DNA of 63,980 nt, from contig JAGVZQ010000003.1 in the NCBI GenBank assembly GCA_018302465.1, forward strand, positions 1 to 63,980. Reading direction: 5' to 3'. Below are positions 44,573 to 54,329 of the stretch, one piece after another (position 1 is the stretch's first letter; every line of letters starts with the position of its first letter). The DNA is from Candidatus Woesearchaeota archaeon. Lineage in GTDB: Archaea > Nanobdellota > Nanobdellia > SCGC-AAA011-G17 > GW2011-AR20. Under the pieces are notes generated by a model that worked only from the letters and a program-made list of their open reading frames with translations, did not search any database and had not been told where the DNA came from. Made by a program: the position numbers and the translations under genes.

Positions 44573-46064
44573 AGATAAAGCGCTAATAGTGCCGGTAATT
44601 CTTTTATTTTTCTATTTAGTTTTCAGATTAATAGACACATCAGCAATGATTAATAATTTTCCATTTGATTATGCAAATGATTTATCTGCTCATTTAGCAA
44701 AATTATTTTTTTTAAACAACTATGGATTTTATGATATAATTCCATATTGGTATAATGGATTTAATTACACTTTGTTCCAGTCTTATCCACCAGGTTATTA
44801 TTACGCAGCACTTCCTTTGTTAAAAATTATAAAAGATGTGCAGTTAGCAGGATATATCTCGTTATTATTAATCTACATATTTGGTTTTATAGCAGTATAT
44901 TTCTTGTTAAAGGATTTGAGCAGAATAAGAAGAATCGCTCTCTACTTGTTTTTCTTTGCAAATCCAATATCAATAGGTTATCTTTTAAGACTTGGAAAAC
45001 TCCCGGAGATGACAGGATGGTTGTTAAACTTAATAATATTTGGAATATTAATCTACTATAAAGACAGACCATTAGACAAAAAGTTTCTGTTCTTCATACC
45101 TTCATATGCAGCTTCATTGCTTTCAAACGTATCCTCCTTCATAGTAATGTCTCCGTTAATCTTAGGTTTTTTTCTCATTAAAACAAAGAAGGAAAAAGTA
45201 TACATTTTCTTAAGCATATTAATTTCTTTAATCATAACTTCATTTTGGTGGATTCCTTTTTATAAAAGCTCATTAACAAAAAGTCTGGGAACAGAAGCTA
45301 TATACACTCAATGGCTGATTGAAAACGCGCCAAATCAGTTTTTCACATATACAAATGATAAATTAACTGCAGTCTTATCTTCTTTATTGCTGATAGTTTT
45401 GTTATACTTGTACTGGAAAGGCAATAATTCAAAAAAAGATTTATTATTTTTCCTGCCTATTGCAATAGAAGCATTTTTAATATTTATAACCCCTTTAACA
45501 AAAGCAATAGTTTTCATTCCTGTTTACAACAGGCCGCCAGTAGATACTTTTAATATAGGATTTTTATTAATCTCATCTTATTTATTCCTAAGAACAGAGT
45601 TTCCATTAAAAATAAAAAAAGTCTTGGAGATTTCATTAACACTATTAATAATAATAAGCATAATTGTATCTTTTAGCATAACTCCCATGTACCAAAAAGT
45701 AGGAAATATAGAAAGAGAGACATTTGAATTACTGCCTTTAGTCAAAGGAAATTTCTTAGTCTTGGAAAATAATACTAATACTTATAATTCATCTTATTCC
45801 AGAGCTTATTATTCCTATGCTCCGATTTATTATAATCTTACAACAGTTTCAGGATGGATAGACCAGACATTAACTGTAGAGGATGAAAGAAGGATAAGCA
45901 GATTAACCAGAGATTACAGGTCTTTTACATCAAAAGAAGTATTAGCAATGGCAATGGATCTGAATGTTAAAAGCATTATAATGTATAACGAAGACTGTGA
46001 TGTTATGGAAGAATCTTCCGTAATAATTAAAAAAACACAAAATACCTGTTTATTTTACATATGA
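44556..46064 (+). CDS. Large polytopic membrane protein (possible GT-C-type glycosyltransferase)
   Basis: More than 10 TM. Overlaps aglB by 17 nt and the next gene by 4 nt. Confidence 0.35.
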   Translation: MKTRFRDKALIVPVILLFFYLVFRLIDTSAMINNFPFDYANDLSAHLAKLFFLNNYGFYDIIPYWYNGFNYTLFQSYPPGYYYAALPLLKIIKDVQLAGYISLLLIYIFGFIAVYFLLKDLSRIRRIALYLFFFANPISIGYLLRLGKLPEMTGWLLNLIIFGILIYYKDRPLDKKFLFFIPSYAASLLSNVSSFIVMSPLILGFFLIKTKKEKVYIFLSILISLIITSFWWIPFYKSSLTKSLGTEAIYTQWLIENAPNQFFTYTNDKLTAVLSSLLLIVLLYLYWKGNNSKKDLLFFLPIAIEAFLIFITPLTKAIVFIPVYNRPPVDTFNIGFLLISSYLFLRTEFPLKIKKVLEISLTLLIIISIIVSFSITPMYQKVGNIERETFELLPLVKGNFLVLENNTNTYNSSYSRAYYSYAPIYYNLTTVSGWIDQTLTVEDERRISRLTRDYRSFTSKEVLAMAMDLNVKSIIMYNEDCDVMEESSVIIKKTQNTCLFYI

Positions 46065-46909
46065 AATGCGACAATTGTAGCTCAGAAAATATAAGAAGAT
46101 TATACCATCTTAGTTACATGAATATAAATGAATGTAAAAACTGCGGTTTAAGATTCACAGACCAGGCTACAGTTCCAAGAATAACTTACACAGAAAATTA
46201 TTTCAAAAATACAAACAAAGAATTCTTTAAAGACTCATGGGCAGATTATGAAAATTATATTTCTAAAAGTAAAAAATTAAAAAGATTCAGAACTACATTA
46301 AAAAAACTTGAAAACTATGCAGATAAAGGAAATATCCTGGACTTAGGGTGCGCCACAGGTGTATTTTTAGACATGGCCCAGAAAAATGGCTGGCATTCTT
46401 ATGGTGTGGAAATCTCAAAATTTGCTTCAGACTATGGAAGGAAGAACTTTAATCTGGATATAAAAACTGGAGATTTAATGAATGTAAAATTCAAGGATAA
46501 CTTCTTTGATTTAGTAACCATGTGGGATTTCTTTGAGCATGTAGGAAGCCCTTCAGAAATATTAAAAAAAGTAAATAAAATAACAAAGAAAGATGGAGTA
46601 TTATTCTTATTAACAATAAATGATGCCAGTTTAATGGGTTATTTAGCTCATTTATTCTATAAGTTAAAAATAAAAAAATTCGCTGAATTAGTTCATCCAA
46701 AACACCATAATTACCACTTCACAAAAAAAGTTTTAATTGATATGTTGAATAAGAATGGTTTTGAAGTCATCTATACTAAAAAAAGTGAAATGCCTCTGGA
46801 AAATATACTCCAGGGACCAATTGTAAAAGCCATGGCTTTTATCTTATATTTATTTTCAAATCTACTTAACCAGCAGCATGAAATTATAATAATCGCAAGG
46901 AAAAAATGA
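46061..46909 (+). CDS. Class I SAM-dependent methyltransferase with an N-terminal Zn ribbon
   Basis: CDNCSS..CKNCG. ILDLGCATGVF motif I. Confidence 0.75.
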   Translation: MKCDNCSSENIRRLYHLSYMNINECKNCGLRFTDQATVPRITYTENYFKNTNKEFFKDSWADYENYISKSKKLKRFRTTLKKLENYADKGNILDLGCATGVFLDMAQKNGWHSYGVEISKFASDYGRKNFNLDIKTGDLMNVKFKDNFFDLVTMWDFFEHVGSPSEILKKVNKITKKDGVLFLLTINDASLMGYLAHLFYKLKIKKFAELVHPKHHNYHFTKKVLIDMLNKNGFEVIYTKKSEMPLENILQGPIVKAMAFILYLFSNLLNQQHEIIIIARKK

Positions 46910-47505
46910 GCCTGAAAGAATTCAAAAATAATCTATTGAACACACCTTTATTGTTTAATATAGTGAGAAGCATCTTAGTTGGCGGAAAAAGAAGAATGTA
47001 CAATGAAATAAGAACTGCAGTCAATGCACAATCAGGAGATGAAATATTAGATATAGGCTGCGGAACAGGGGAGTTTGCTTTCCTATTCAATGATTCTATT
47101 AATTACACTGGAATAGATATGAACAAAGATTTCCTGGACCACGCTTCTTCTGTTTACAAAAATAAAAAATTTATATTAATGGATGCAACTAAAATGAACT
47201 TTAAAAAAAATGAATTTGACACAGTTCTATTGTTGAGCTTTATACATCATTTTCCTGAAGATTTGCTGGATAAAATACTAAAAGAAGTAAACAGAGTAGG
47301 AAAGAAAGTTATCATTCTAGACCCAATACCAAGGAAGTATAACCCATTAAGCAGATTATTCTATGCTTTAGACAGAGGAGACTTCATAAGAAAGAAAGAA
47401 GAGCAGTTAAGAATTCTAAGCAAGCATTTAACCTTAGATGATTATAAAGAATTTAAAACAGGATTATATACCCTTTCTATTATCAAATGCTCTCAAAAGC
47501 GTTAA
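46906..47505 (+). CDS. Class I SAM-dependent methyltransferase
   Basis: ILDIGCGTGEF motif I. Confidence 0.7.
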   Translation: MSLKEFKNNLLNTPLLFNIVRSILVGGKRRMYNEIRTAVNAQSGDEILDIGCGTGEFAFLFNDSINYTGIDMNKDFLDHASSVYKNKKFILMDATKMNFKKNEFDTVLLLSFIHHFPEDLLDKILKEVNRVGKKVIILDPIPRKYNPLSRLFYALDRGDFIRKKEEQLRILSKHLTLDDYKEFKTGLYTLSIIKCSQKR

Positions 47506-47553
47506 AATACAAATTCCAAAAAGCTTTAAAAAACCTCTTTCTCTTTTTTATTT

Positions 47554-48276
47554 ATGAAAATCTCAGTAGATATAGTAGTCCCAGTTTATAATGAAGAAAA
47601 AATACTGGAAAAAAGCATCTCTACATTATACAATTTCCTAGAAAAAAATTTCAAATATAACTGGAGCATTATAATAGCAGATAATGCCTCAAAAGATAAT
47701 ACATTAGATGTAGCAAATTCTTTATCTGAAAAATATAAAAAAGTAAAAGTTTTACATTTAAATCAAAAAGGAAGAGGCAGAGCTTTAAGAATTGCCTGGA
47801 CAAAATCAGATGCAGACATAGTAAGCTACATGGATGTAGATTTATCCACAGACCTAAGCTTCTTTCCAATAATGATAGATTCTTTAATTCAGGGTTATGA
47901 TGTAGCAACTGGCTCAAGATTAATGAAAGGAGCAGAAATTAAAAGGTCATTCAAAAGAGAATTATTATCCAGAGGCTATAATGTTTTAGTAAGATTAATT
48001 CTGGGAGTTAACTATAAAGACAGCCAATGTGGATTTAAGGCAGTTAAAAGGGAGATAGTAAATGATGTAGTCCCAGAAGTAAGGGACAATAACTGGTTCT
48101 TCGACTCAGAATTATTATTCAGAGCGCATATGAAGGGATATAAAATAAAAGAAATACCTGTTAAATGGATAGAAGATGAAGATTCTAGAGTAAGAATATT
48201 CTCAACAGTGACAAACTACATAAAGTCAATAGTAGTTCTAAGATTGGAATATTTATTCACCAGAAGAAAAAAGTAA
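47554..48276 (+). CDS. GT2 glycosyltransferase (dolichyl-phosphate hexose synthase-like)
   Basis: VVPVYNEE...IIADNASKDNT...YMDVDLSTD motifs. Confidence 0.85.
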   Translation: MKISVDIVVPVYNEEKILEKSISTLYNFLEKNFKYNWSIIIADNASKDNTLDVANSLSEKYKKVKVLHLNQKGRGRALRIAWTKSDADIVSYMDVDLSTDLSFFPIMIDSLIQGYDVATGSRLMKGAEIKRSFKRELLSRGYNVLVRLILGVNYKDSQCGFKAVKREIVNDVVPEVRDNNWFFDSELLFRAHMKGYKIKEIPVKWIEDEDSRVRIFSTVTNYIKSIVVLRLEYLFTRRKK

Positions 48277-48309
48277 AGCTTTATTAATGATTTTCTTTAG
48301 CTTTATTTC

Positions 48310-48990
48310 ATGTTAAAAGCAGATATGCATATGCACTCAAGAGAAGATCAAAAAGACATTGTGGATTATACAGCAAAAGAATTAATTGATCATTTAGCTT
48401 CTCTAAACTTCAATGTAATGGCCCTTACTTTCCATGATCAAAGCTTTAAATCTGAAGAAGCAGAAAAATATGCTAAATCCAAAGGCATCATTATTATTCC
48501 AGGCATAGAAAGGAGAATAGAAGGAGTTGATATTCTCATCTATAATGTGCCTCATGAAAAAGTAATAGGAATGAAAACACTAGATGATTTGAAAAAAATA
48601 AAAAGCAGAACTTCATTAATCATAACTCCCCATCCTTTTTTTGGCATAGCTTCAATTGGAAAGAAGCTGGAAAAATACATAGATGTTATAGATGGAATAG
48701 AGCATTCTTCATATTACTCTAAGTTAATTAATAGAAATAAACAGGCAGTAAAGATAGCAAAGAAATTTAACAAACCATTAGTTGGAAATTCAGATGCTCA
48801 TTATTTATACCAGATAGGAAGCAATTATACTTTAATAGATGCAGAAAAAACTATAGACTCAGTAATTAAGGCAATAAAAGAAAATAAAATAAAATTAGAA
48901 ACAAATCCTATTCCTATGTCTAAGTTCATAAAAATCTTTGTTAATTTAATTTTCCTTGCCCCATTTAAAGAACTCAAAAGAAAATTTTAA
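48310..48990 (+). CDS. PHP-domain metal-dependent phosphoesterase
   Basis: ADMHMHS...TFHD...NSDAH motifs. Confidence 0.7.
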   Translation: MLKADMHMHSREDQKDIVDYTAKELIDHLASLNFNVMALTFHDQSFKSEEAEKYAKSKGIIIIPGIERRIEGVDILIYNVPHEKVIGMKTLDDLKKIKSRTSLIITPHPFFGIASIGKKLEKYIDVIDGIEHSSYYSKLINRNKQAVKIAKKFNKPLVGNSDAHYLYQIGSNYTLIDAEKTIDSVIKAIKENKIKLETNPIPMSKFIKIFVNLIFLAPFKELKRKF

Positions 48991-49006
48991 TTTAATAGAT
49001 ATCTTT

Positions 49007-49453
49007 TTAATTCTTAGAAGTATAAATAATTTTAACTTTATGTTTTCTCTCTAAAGCTTCTATTCTGCAAGTGTCAAATATCTCAGCATCTAAATTTTCT
49101 CTTATTTTACTTTTGCTATAACCCCTCTTTTCTAGTCTTCTCTTTAATTCTTTTAGATTGCATTTAGTAATTATGCATAATTTAACATATTCCTTGTCTA
49201 AATAATGGCTTAAATGCCCGTCTATAATTAATGTTTCTTTAGAATTCTTTATTAAACCAATTAAAACTTTATTTAATTTTTTTGTATCTACAATCAAAGA
49301 CTTTCTTTTTTTGTCATATCCTTCAGATAAATTATACTTTTTAATTAATTTAGTTATGTCTACATACTTGTAGTTTTTTTCTTTAGAAATCTTCTTAGCA
49401 ATCTTACTTTTACCAGTTCCAACACATCCAGAAACAATAATTGCCTTTTTCAT
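49007..49453 (-). CDS. Fap7/AK6-like P-loop kinase (COG1936)
   Basis: IIVSGCVGTGKSKIA Walker A. IIDGHLSHY. Start set at MKKAII. Confidence 0.6.
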   Translation of the reverse strand: MKKAIIVSGCVGTGKSKIAKKISKEKNYKYVDITKLIKKYNLSEGYDKKRKSLIVDTKKLNKVLIGLIKNSKETLIIDGHLSHYLDKEYVKLCIITKCNLKELKRRLEKRGYSKSKIRENLDAEIFDTCRIEALERKHKVKIIYTSKN

Positions 49454-49454
49454 T

Positions 49455-49736
49455 TTAGTCCACAGTAAATAATTTTGAGTCATGAACATCCCATAACCCA
49501 ATTCTTGCTCCAGCATCCAGCCATCCATGAGCGTAGCTTAAAGCGGCAAATGCATTAACTATATCTCCTTTATCATAAAAATGTCTTGCATCTTTAATAT
49601 ACCTCTCAATCATGTCTAAGCAGTCTTCTCTTTCATTTTTTAGTTTAGTCCTATTTCCAGCCTTCTTAGCCTTTTCAAAAGCCTTTTCAGTAACTAAAAA
49701 GTATTTTTTTATCTTCTCTTCTGTTATTTCTCTCAT
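49455..49736 (-). CDS. DUF357-family protein
   Basis: NAFAALSYAHGWLDAGARIGLWDV motif. Confidence 0.6.
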   Translation of the reverse strand: MREITEEKIKKYFLVTEKAFEKAKKAGNRTKLKNEREDCLDMIERYIKDARHFYDKGDIVNAFAALSYAHGWLDAGARIGLWDVHDSKLFTVD

Positions 49737-49761
49737 TATAGAAAACTAAGAAAATGGGTTT

Positions 49762-50601
49762 TTAAACATTAGCATAAATCCCCAGAACATAAGCCAAAGC
49801 CTGATTCCCTTTCATTGGTTTTACTTTATCTTTTCCAAGGCTAAAAGAAGCATCTAAATCATCTCTTACTTTCTGGCTTAATCCAAATGTATCATTCCCA
49901 AAAATAAACAGTAAATTCTTCTTTCCTTTAACAAATTTAATAAAATCTTTCTCATTTCTTTTAGCATGTTTTGAAAAGCCAATTTTAACATAATTAAGTT
50001 CTTTTAAATCTTTAACAACTTCAACATTAAACTCAGATAATCTCCCTTTAGTTATTTTTTTAGCTTTATTCAGTAAGTTTTCAAATTCTTTTTTATTATT
50101 ATGAATAACTTTAAAGTTTAACTTAAATATTAAGCATAACCTCAAAAAATCACTGATTTCTTCAACTAATCTGGGATTTTCAATTAAAATAGTTATATTA
50201 TTTGTATGTTCAGTTTTATCTTCTTTATAAGAAAATATTCTATATTTTATCTTCCCTTCTTTAAACAGCTCAATTAAAATATTATTCTCAGAATTTTCAT
50301 TTAATTTTTTATTTACCCTAGGATATAATTTCTTCTTTATAGAACCAGCAGGAATCTTAACATAGCTTTTAACCCTTAAATTAAACTCATTAAATTTTAT
50401 TTTACTAATATCTTTCCTTAAACCTTCTAAACTAAAGAAATTTTCATTCTCCAAGACTAATACTTTATCAACTTCCTCTAATTCAACTTTCTCATCTGTA
50501 TTAATTCTTCCAGTTAATTTGTCAATTTCAAAAGATTTTAATTTTCTTTTTAACTTATTTAAGTCAATTTCAAACTTATTCAAAATAAGGCTGTATTTCA
50601 T
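49762..50601 (-). CDS. Hypothetical protein with a SPOUT-like C-terminal region
   Basis: C-terminal LLFIFGNDTFGLSQ...GNQALAYVLGI resembles a SPOUT knot. This is a weak call. Confidence 0.3.
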   Translation of the reverse strand: MKYSLILNKFEIDLNKLKRKLKSFEIDKLTGRINTDEKVELEEVDKVLVLENENFFSLEGLRKDISKIKFNEFNLRVKSYVKIPAGSIKKKLYPRVNKKLNENSENNILIELFKEGKIKYRIFSYKEDKTEHTNNITILIENPRLVEEISDFLRLCLIFKLNFKVIHNNKKEFENLLNKAKKITKGRLSEFNVEVVKDLKELNYVKIGFSKHAKRNEKDFIKFVKGKKNLLFIFGNDTFGLSQKVRDDLDASFSLGKDKVKPMKGNQALAYVLGIYANV

Positions 50602-50667
50602 AATCTAATTAGTATTATTCTATTTTTAATATTATCTCAAAAAGTTTTTCAGCAATAAAAAGTATTC

Positions 50668-51057
50668 TTAATTTAACTTACTGAGCAAATTTTCAATTAT
50701 TTCTTCAATTTTTTCCTTATTAGATTTTATAAAATCTTTTTTTACCATAAAACCCTCATAAGAAATTCTATTCCTAAGATCTCTTAATTGCTGTAAAAAT
50801 CTTCTTGTTTGCTCTGTAAGCTTATACTTTTTAGAAACATAATCAATAAGCTCTTGGTGGGCGCCTTCTCCTCTGGCTTTAACCCCCCATTTAAAAGCAA
50901 TAGCTTCTAATAACTGGTGGATTATCCCATAATAATCTAACAATGTATTTGTAGGATATTCTTCCATATTGGTTTTATTCAATCTCTCTAAAGTTATCTC
51001 AGCCATATTCATTAAAGATTTTGATTTTTCTTTATTTTCTCTAATTTTTATTATCAT
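50668..51057 (-). CDS. HEPN-domain protein
   Basis: 129 aa, RDLRNRISYEG (R-x4-6-H-like region). Paired with an upstream nucleotidyltransferase. Confidence 0.6.
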   Translation of the reverse strand: MIIKIRENKEKSKSLMNMAEITLERLNKTNMEEYPTNTLLDYYGIIHQLLEAIAFKWGVKARGEGAHQELIDYVSKKYKLTEQTRRFLQQLRDLRNRISYEGFMVKKDFIKSNKEKIEEIIENLLSKLN

Positions 51058-51576
51058 TTAATACCCCTCTAAAAAGCCCGATAAGACAATCCCATTTATA
51101 ATATTATTTTTTAATTCTTTACTTAAATCTTTAAAATTCTCCTTGAAGAATAAATGAATTTTCCTGTTTAACATTTTTTCAAATTTGCTTAAGTCTAAAT
51201 CTATATCTTTAGATTCTATAAATAAGTCTATATCACTTTCTTCATCATCCTCACCGATTGAAGCAGAGCCATACAAAACAATTGATTTTGGCATTATTTC
51301 ATCTTCAATATATCTTACACACCCTAGATTAAGAATTAAAACAGTGTTTTGCTGCTTTAATAGCTTAAAATTCTTATTTATATCTGCTTTATACCCTCCA
51401 TATAGCCCTTCTTTTAATTTTAAAACTAAATTCTCTTTTATTAGCTCGTCTAAATGGATTCTTACAGAAGGAGCAGCTAGTTTGCTTAACCTTGAAATTT
51501 CTCTTATATGAAATATTTTCTTAGGGCATTTAAAAAATAATTCAAGTATTTTATATCTGCTATATTTTTGTATCAT
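51058..51576 (-). CDS. Minimal nucleotidyltransferase (MNT) with an N-terminal wHTH
   Basis: LYGSASIGEDDEESDIDLFI (GS-x..-D-x-D). The stop abuts the HEPN start. Confidence 0.7.
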   Translation of the reverse strand: MIQKYSRYKILELFFKCPKKIFHIREISRLSKLAAPSVRIHLDELIKENLVLKLKEGLYGGYKADINKNFKLLKQQNTVLILNLGCVRYIEDEIMPKSIVLYGSASIGEDDEESDIDLFIESKDIDLDLSKFEKMLNRKIHLFFKENFKDLSKELKNNIINGIVLSGFLEGY

Positions 51577-51670
51577 ATGATATATTAATATTACAGGTGA
51601 TATATAAATGTTACTGTTTTATTAAATTACCCCCAAAAGCCTTAAAAGTCTGTTTTTTCGAGTTTCTACC

Positions 51671-52360
51671 ATGAGATATGCAAGACAAGAAAAATTAATA
51701 GGTAAACAGGCCCAGAAAGAACTATCTAAAAAAACAGTAACTATTGTAGGCTTAGGAGCTTTAGGAACTAATGTTTCATCTTTATTAGCCAGAGCTGGTA
51801 TAAACTTAAGATTAATAGATTTTGATAAGATAGATTTAACTAATTTACAAAGGCAATCTTTATACACAGAAAAAGACATAAACAAGCAAAAAGCAATTAT
51901 TTCAAAAACTAGATTAAAAGAAATAAACTCTGAAATCTCAATAACATCTTTTAATGAAAAATTAAATGATTCTAATTTACATTTGCTAGACTCAGACTTA
52001 GTCATAGATTGCACAGATAACTTAACTACCAGGTTTTTAATTAATGATTACTGTTATAATAAAATACCCTGGATTCATACAGCAGCTATTAAAGAAACAG
52101 GTGTTTTATTTAATATTTTACCAAACAAGCCATGTCTAAAATGTATTTACAAAAAAAACATAGACTTAGACAGATGTGAGGAATTTGGAGTCCTAAACTC
52201 AATAGTCTCTCTTATAGCTTCCTTAGCCTTAACCCAATCAATAAAAATATTATTAAATAAAGACCCAGAAGCTAATTTACTAAGGTTTAATATCTGGAAT
52301 AATAGTTTAGAAAAGATAAAAGTAAACAAAACTTGTGAAAAATGCCAAAAGTCTTTATAG
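51671..52360 (+). CDS. E1-like ThiF/MoeB/UbaA adenylyltransferase
   Basis: IVGLGALGTNVSSLLARAG..IDFDKIDLTNLQRQ. C-terminal CLKC..CEKC. Confidence 0.8.
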   Translation: MRYARQEKLIGKQAQKELSKKTVTIVGLGALGTNVSSLLARAGINLRLIDFDKIDLTNLQRQSLYTEKDINKQKAIISKTRLKEINSEISITSFNEKLNDSNLHLLDSDLVIDCTDNLTTRFLINDYCYNKIPWIHTAAIKETGVLFNILPNKPCLKCIYKKNIDLDRCEEFGVLNSIVSLIASLALTQSIKILLNKDPEANLLRFNIWNNSLEKIKVNKTCEKCQKSL

Positions 52361-52536
52361 AAAGAGAAAATAAACATGTAGAAGTAAAAGCTTCCTCAGT
52401 TAGAGAAATACTTCAGAAATTAAAAATTAACCCAGAAGTTGTTATTATATCTAAAAATAATGAATTAGTAACAGAAGATTCAAAAGTTTCTGAAAAAGAT
52501 GAAATAAAATTATTAAGCGTTATTTCTGGTGGATAA
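52342..52536 (+). CDS. Ubiquitin-like small archaeal modifier/sulfur carrier (ThiS/MoaD/SAMP) ending in GG
   Basis: 64 aa, C-terminus ...LSVISGG*. Overlaps the E1 gene by 19 nt and the next gene by 8 nt. Confidence 0.7.
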   Translation: MPKVFIERENKHVEVKASSVREILQKLKINPEVVIISKNNELVTEDSKVSEKDEIKLLSVISGG

Positions 52537-53449
52537 AATGCCATGTAAAAATTGTCAGGAAAAACCCGTAATAAAATTAACCAATGTTAATATTAGCTTA
52601 TGCAAGCAGCATTTTCTTAGATATTTCGAGAAAAAAGTAAAAAAAACAATAAGAACTTTTAACTTACTAGAAAAAGGGGATAAAATTGGGATCGCGCTCT
52701 CTGGCGGAAAAGATTCTTTTACTGTTTTAAGTATTTTAAAGCAGTTCCAGGATAAAAAAATTATAACCTTGGAAGCATTAGCTATAGATGAAGGCATTAA
52801 AAATTACCGGGATTTATCAAATGCTAAAAAATTCTGTAAAGATAATAATATTATATTGCATATTTTAAAGTATGAAGATTTTTTTAATAATACTTTAGAT
52901 AAAATGGTCAAGAAGTTTAAAGATAAAACACCTTGCTCCTTTTGTGGAGTTTTCAGAAGATACTTATTAAACTACGGCTCTAAAAAATTTAAATTTGATA
53001 AACTAGCTACAGGTCATAACTTAGATGATGAATCCCAGTCTATCTTAATGAATCAGTTCAGGAATAACCCGGAAGTTTCAGCTCGTTTAGGTCCAATAAC
53101 TGGGGTAATGCTTGATAAAAAATTTGTCAGAAGAATAAAGCCTTTGTATTTTGTAACAGAAAAAGAAACAACAACTTACTCTTTTTTAAAAAAATTTCCA
53201 GTTGAATACTCAGAATGCCCCTATGCAAGCTTTGGCTACAGAAATTCAGTAAGAGACATGTTAAACGATTTTGAATCAAAATATCCAGGAACTAAGCATT
53301 CAATTATAGATTCTTTTGTTAAAATCCTTCCTTCTTTAAAATCTCAGTTTAAAGAATCTAAAGCCTTGTCTTCCTGTAAATTATGCGGTGAACCTACTTC
53401 AAAAGAAATTTGTCAGGCTTGTGAATATGTTAAAGAGTTAAAAAAATAA
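52529..53449 (+). CDS. NcsA/TtuA/Ctu1-type tRNA 2-thiolation PP-loop ATPase
   Basis: CKNCQ..C Zn finger, IALSGGKDS PP-loop, C-terminal CKLCGE..CQAC. Confidence 0.8.
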   Translation: MDKMPCKNCQEKPVIKLTNVNISLCKQHFLRYFEKKVKKTIRTFNLLEKGDKIGIALSGGKDSFTVLSILKQFQDKKIITLEALAIDEGIKNYRDLSNAKKFCKDNNIILHILKYEDFFNNTLDKMVKKFKDKTPCSFCGVFRRYLLNYGSKKFKFDKLATGHNLDDESQSILMNQFRNNPEVSARLGPITGVMLDKKFVRRIKPLYFVTEKETTTYSFLKKFPVEYSECPYASFGYRNSVRDMLNDFESKYPGTKHSIIDSFVKILPSLKSQFKESKALSSCKLCGEPTSKEICQACEYVKELKK

Positions 53450-53613
53450 AAAATAATAGAAGGAAAAAGAAAGAAGAAATATTAAAAGTAAAAAGACATA
53501 AGTTTGCCACGTTACTATTATTTTCCTACAAAATTAAAATATAGTGTTTTTAATATAAAAAAGTTCAAGTAGAAACATTTAAATATTAAAACGTAATATA
53601 CATATTAAACATA

Positions 53614-53850
53614 ATGGAGGTAATAAAAATGGTAAGCATAACATTATCAGTCCCAAAGGAAATGAAGAATGAAATGAACAACTTTCAGGACATAAACTGG
53701 AGTGCAGTAGCAAGGCAGGCAATAAAGAGTAAATTGTTAATGTTGGAGAGATTTAGAGAATTTACAAAAGATAGTACATTAACCGAGAGAGAAGCATTAG
53801 AACTGGGAAGAAAAGTCAGTGAAAAAGCTATGAAGAGACATAAAATATGA
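53614..53850 (+). CDS. Antitoxin-like protein, paralog of 23789-24016 (alternative start at 53629)
   Basis: VSITLSVPKEMKNEM..INWSAVARQAIKSKL aligns with ITLSIPEELQKKMKK..IRWSEVIRKTIQRRI. Confidence 0.55.
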   Translation: MEVIKMVSITLSVPKEMKNEMNNFQDINWSAVARQAIKSKLLMLERFREFTKDSTLTEREALELGRKVSEKAMKRHKI

Positions 53851-54250
53851 TAACTTTAGTAATTGATGCTAACATTTTATTTTCTGCTTTAATTAGGGAT
53901 AATGTAACTGCTAAAATTATTTTTGAAGATGAAATTATTTTATATACCCCTAATTTATAGTAGAAGAGTTTTTGAAACATAAGGATTTGATATTAGGAAA
54001 AACCTCAAGGACTAATGAAGAATTTATTCAGATCATGCATGCTTTAAAAGACGTAATTGCAATCATTCCAAAAGAGGAATACTCTAAATTTATGAAAGAA
54101 GCTGAGAAAATCACTCCTGATAAAAAGGATGTTTTGTATTTTGCTTTAGCTTTGAAATTAAGGTGTGGAATCTGGTCAAATGACAAGAAATTAAAAACCC
54201 AGAATAAAATTAAAATTTATTCTACTGAAGATTTGTTGAAAAATATTTAA
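53847..54250 (+). pseudogene. PIN-domain toxin gene inactivated by a frameshift (stop at 53958-53960; the frame resumes at -1)
   Basis: MITLVIDANILFSALIRDNV...LYTPNL* then (F)IVEEFLKHKDLILGK...IWSNDKKL. Adding one T to the TTT run at 53954-53956 restores a full-length paralog of 24013-24429. Confidence 0.65.
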
Positions 54251-54329
54251 AAGCTTATACAGAAACAGAAATTTGAACATTTCTACAACCAATAACTAAA
54301 TAAATCAAAACTGTTTTTATAATTAAATT

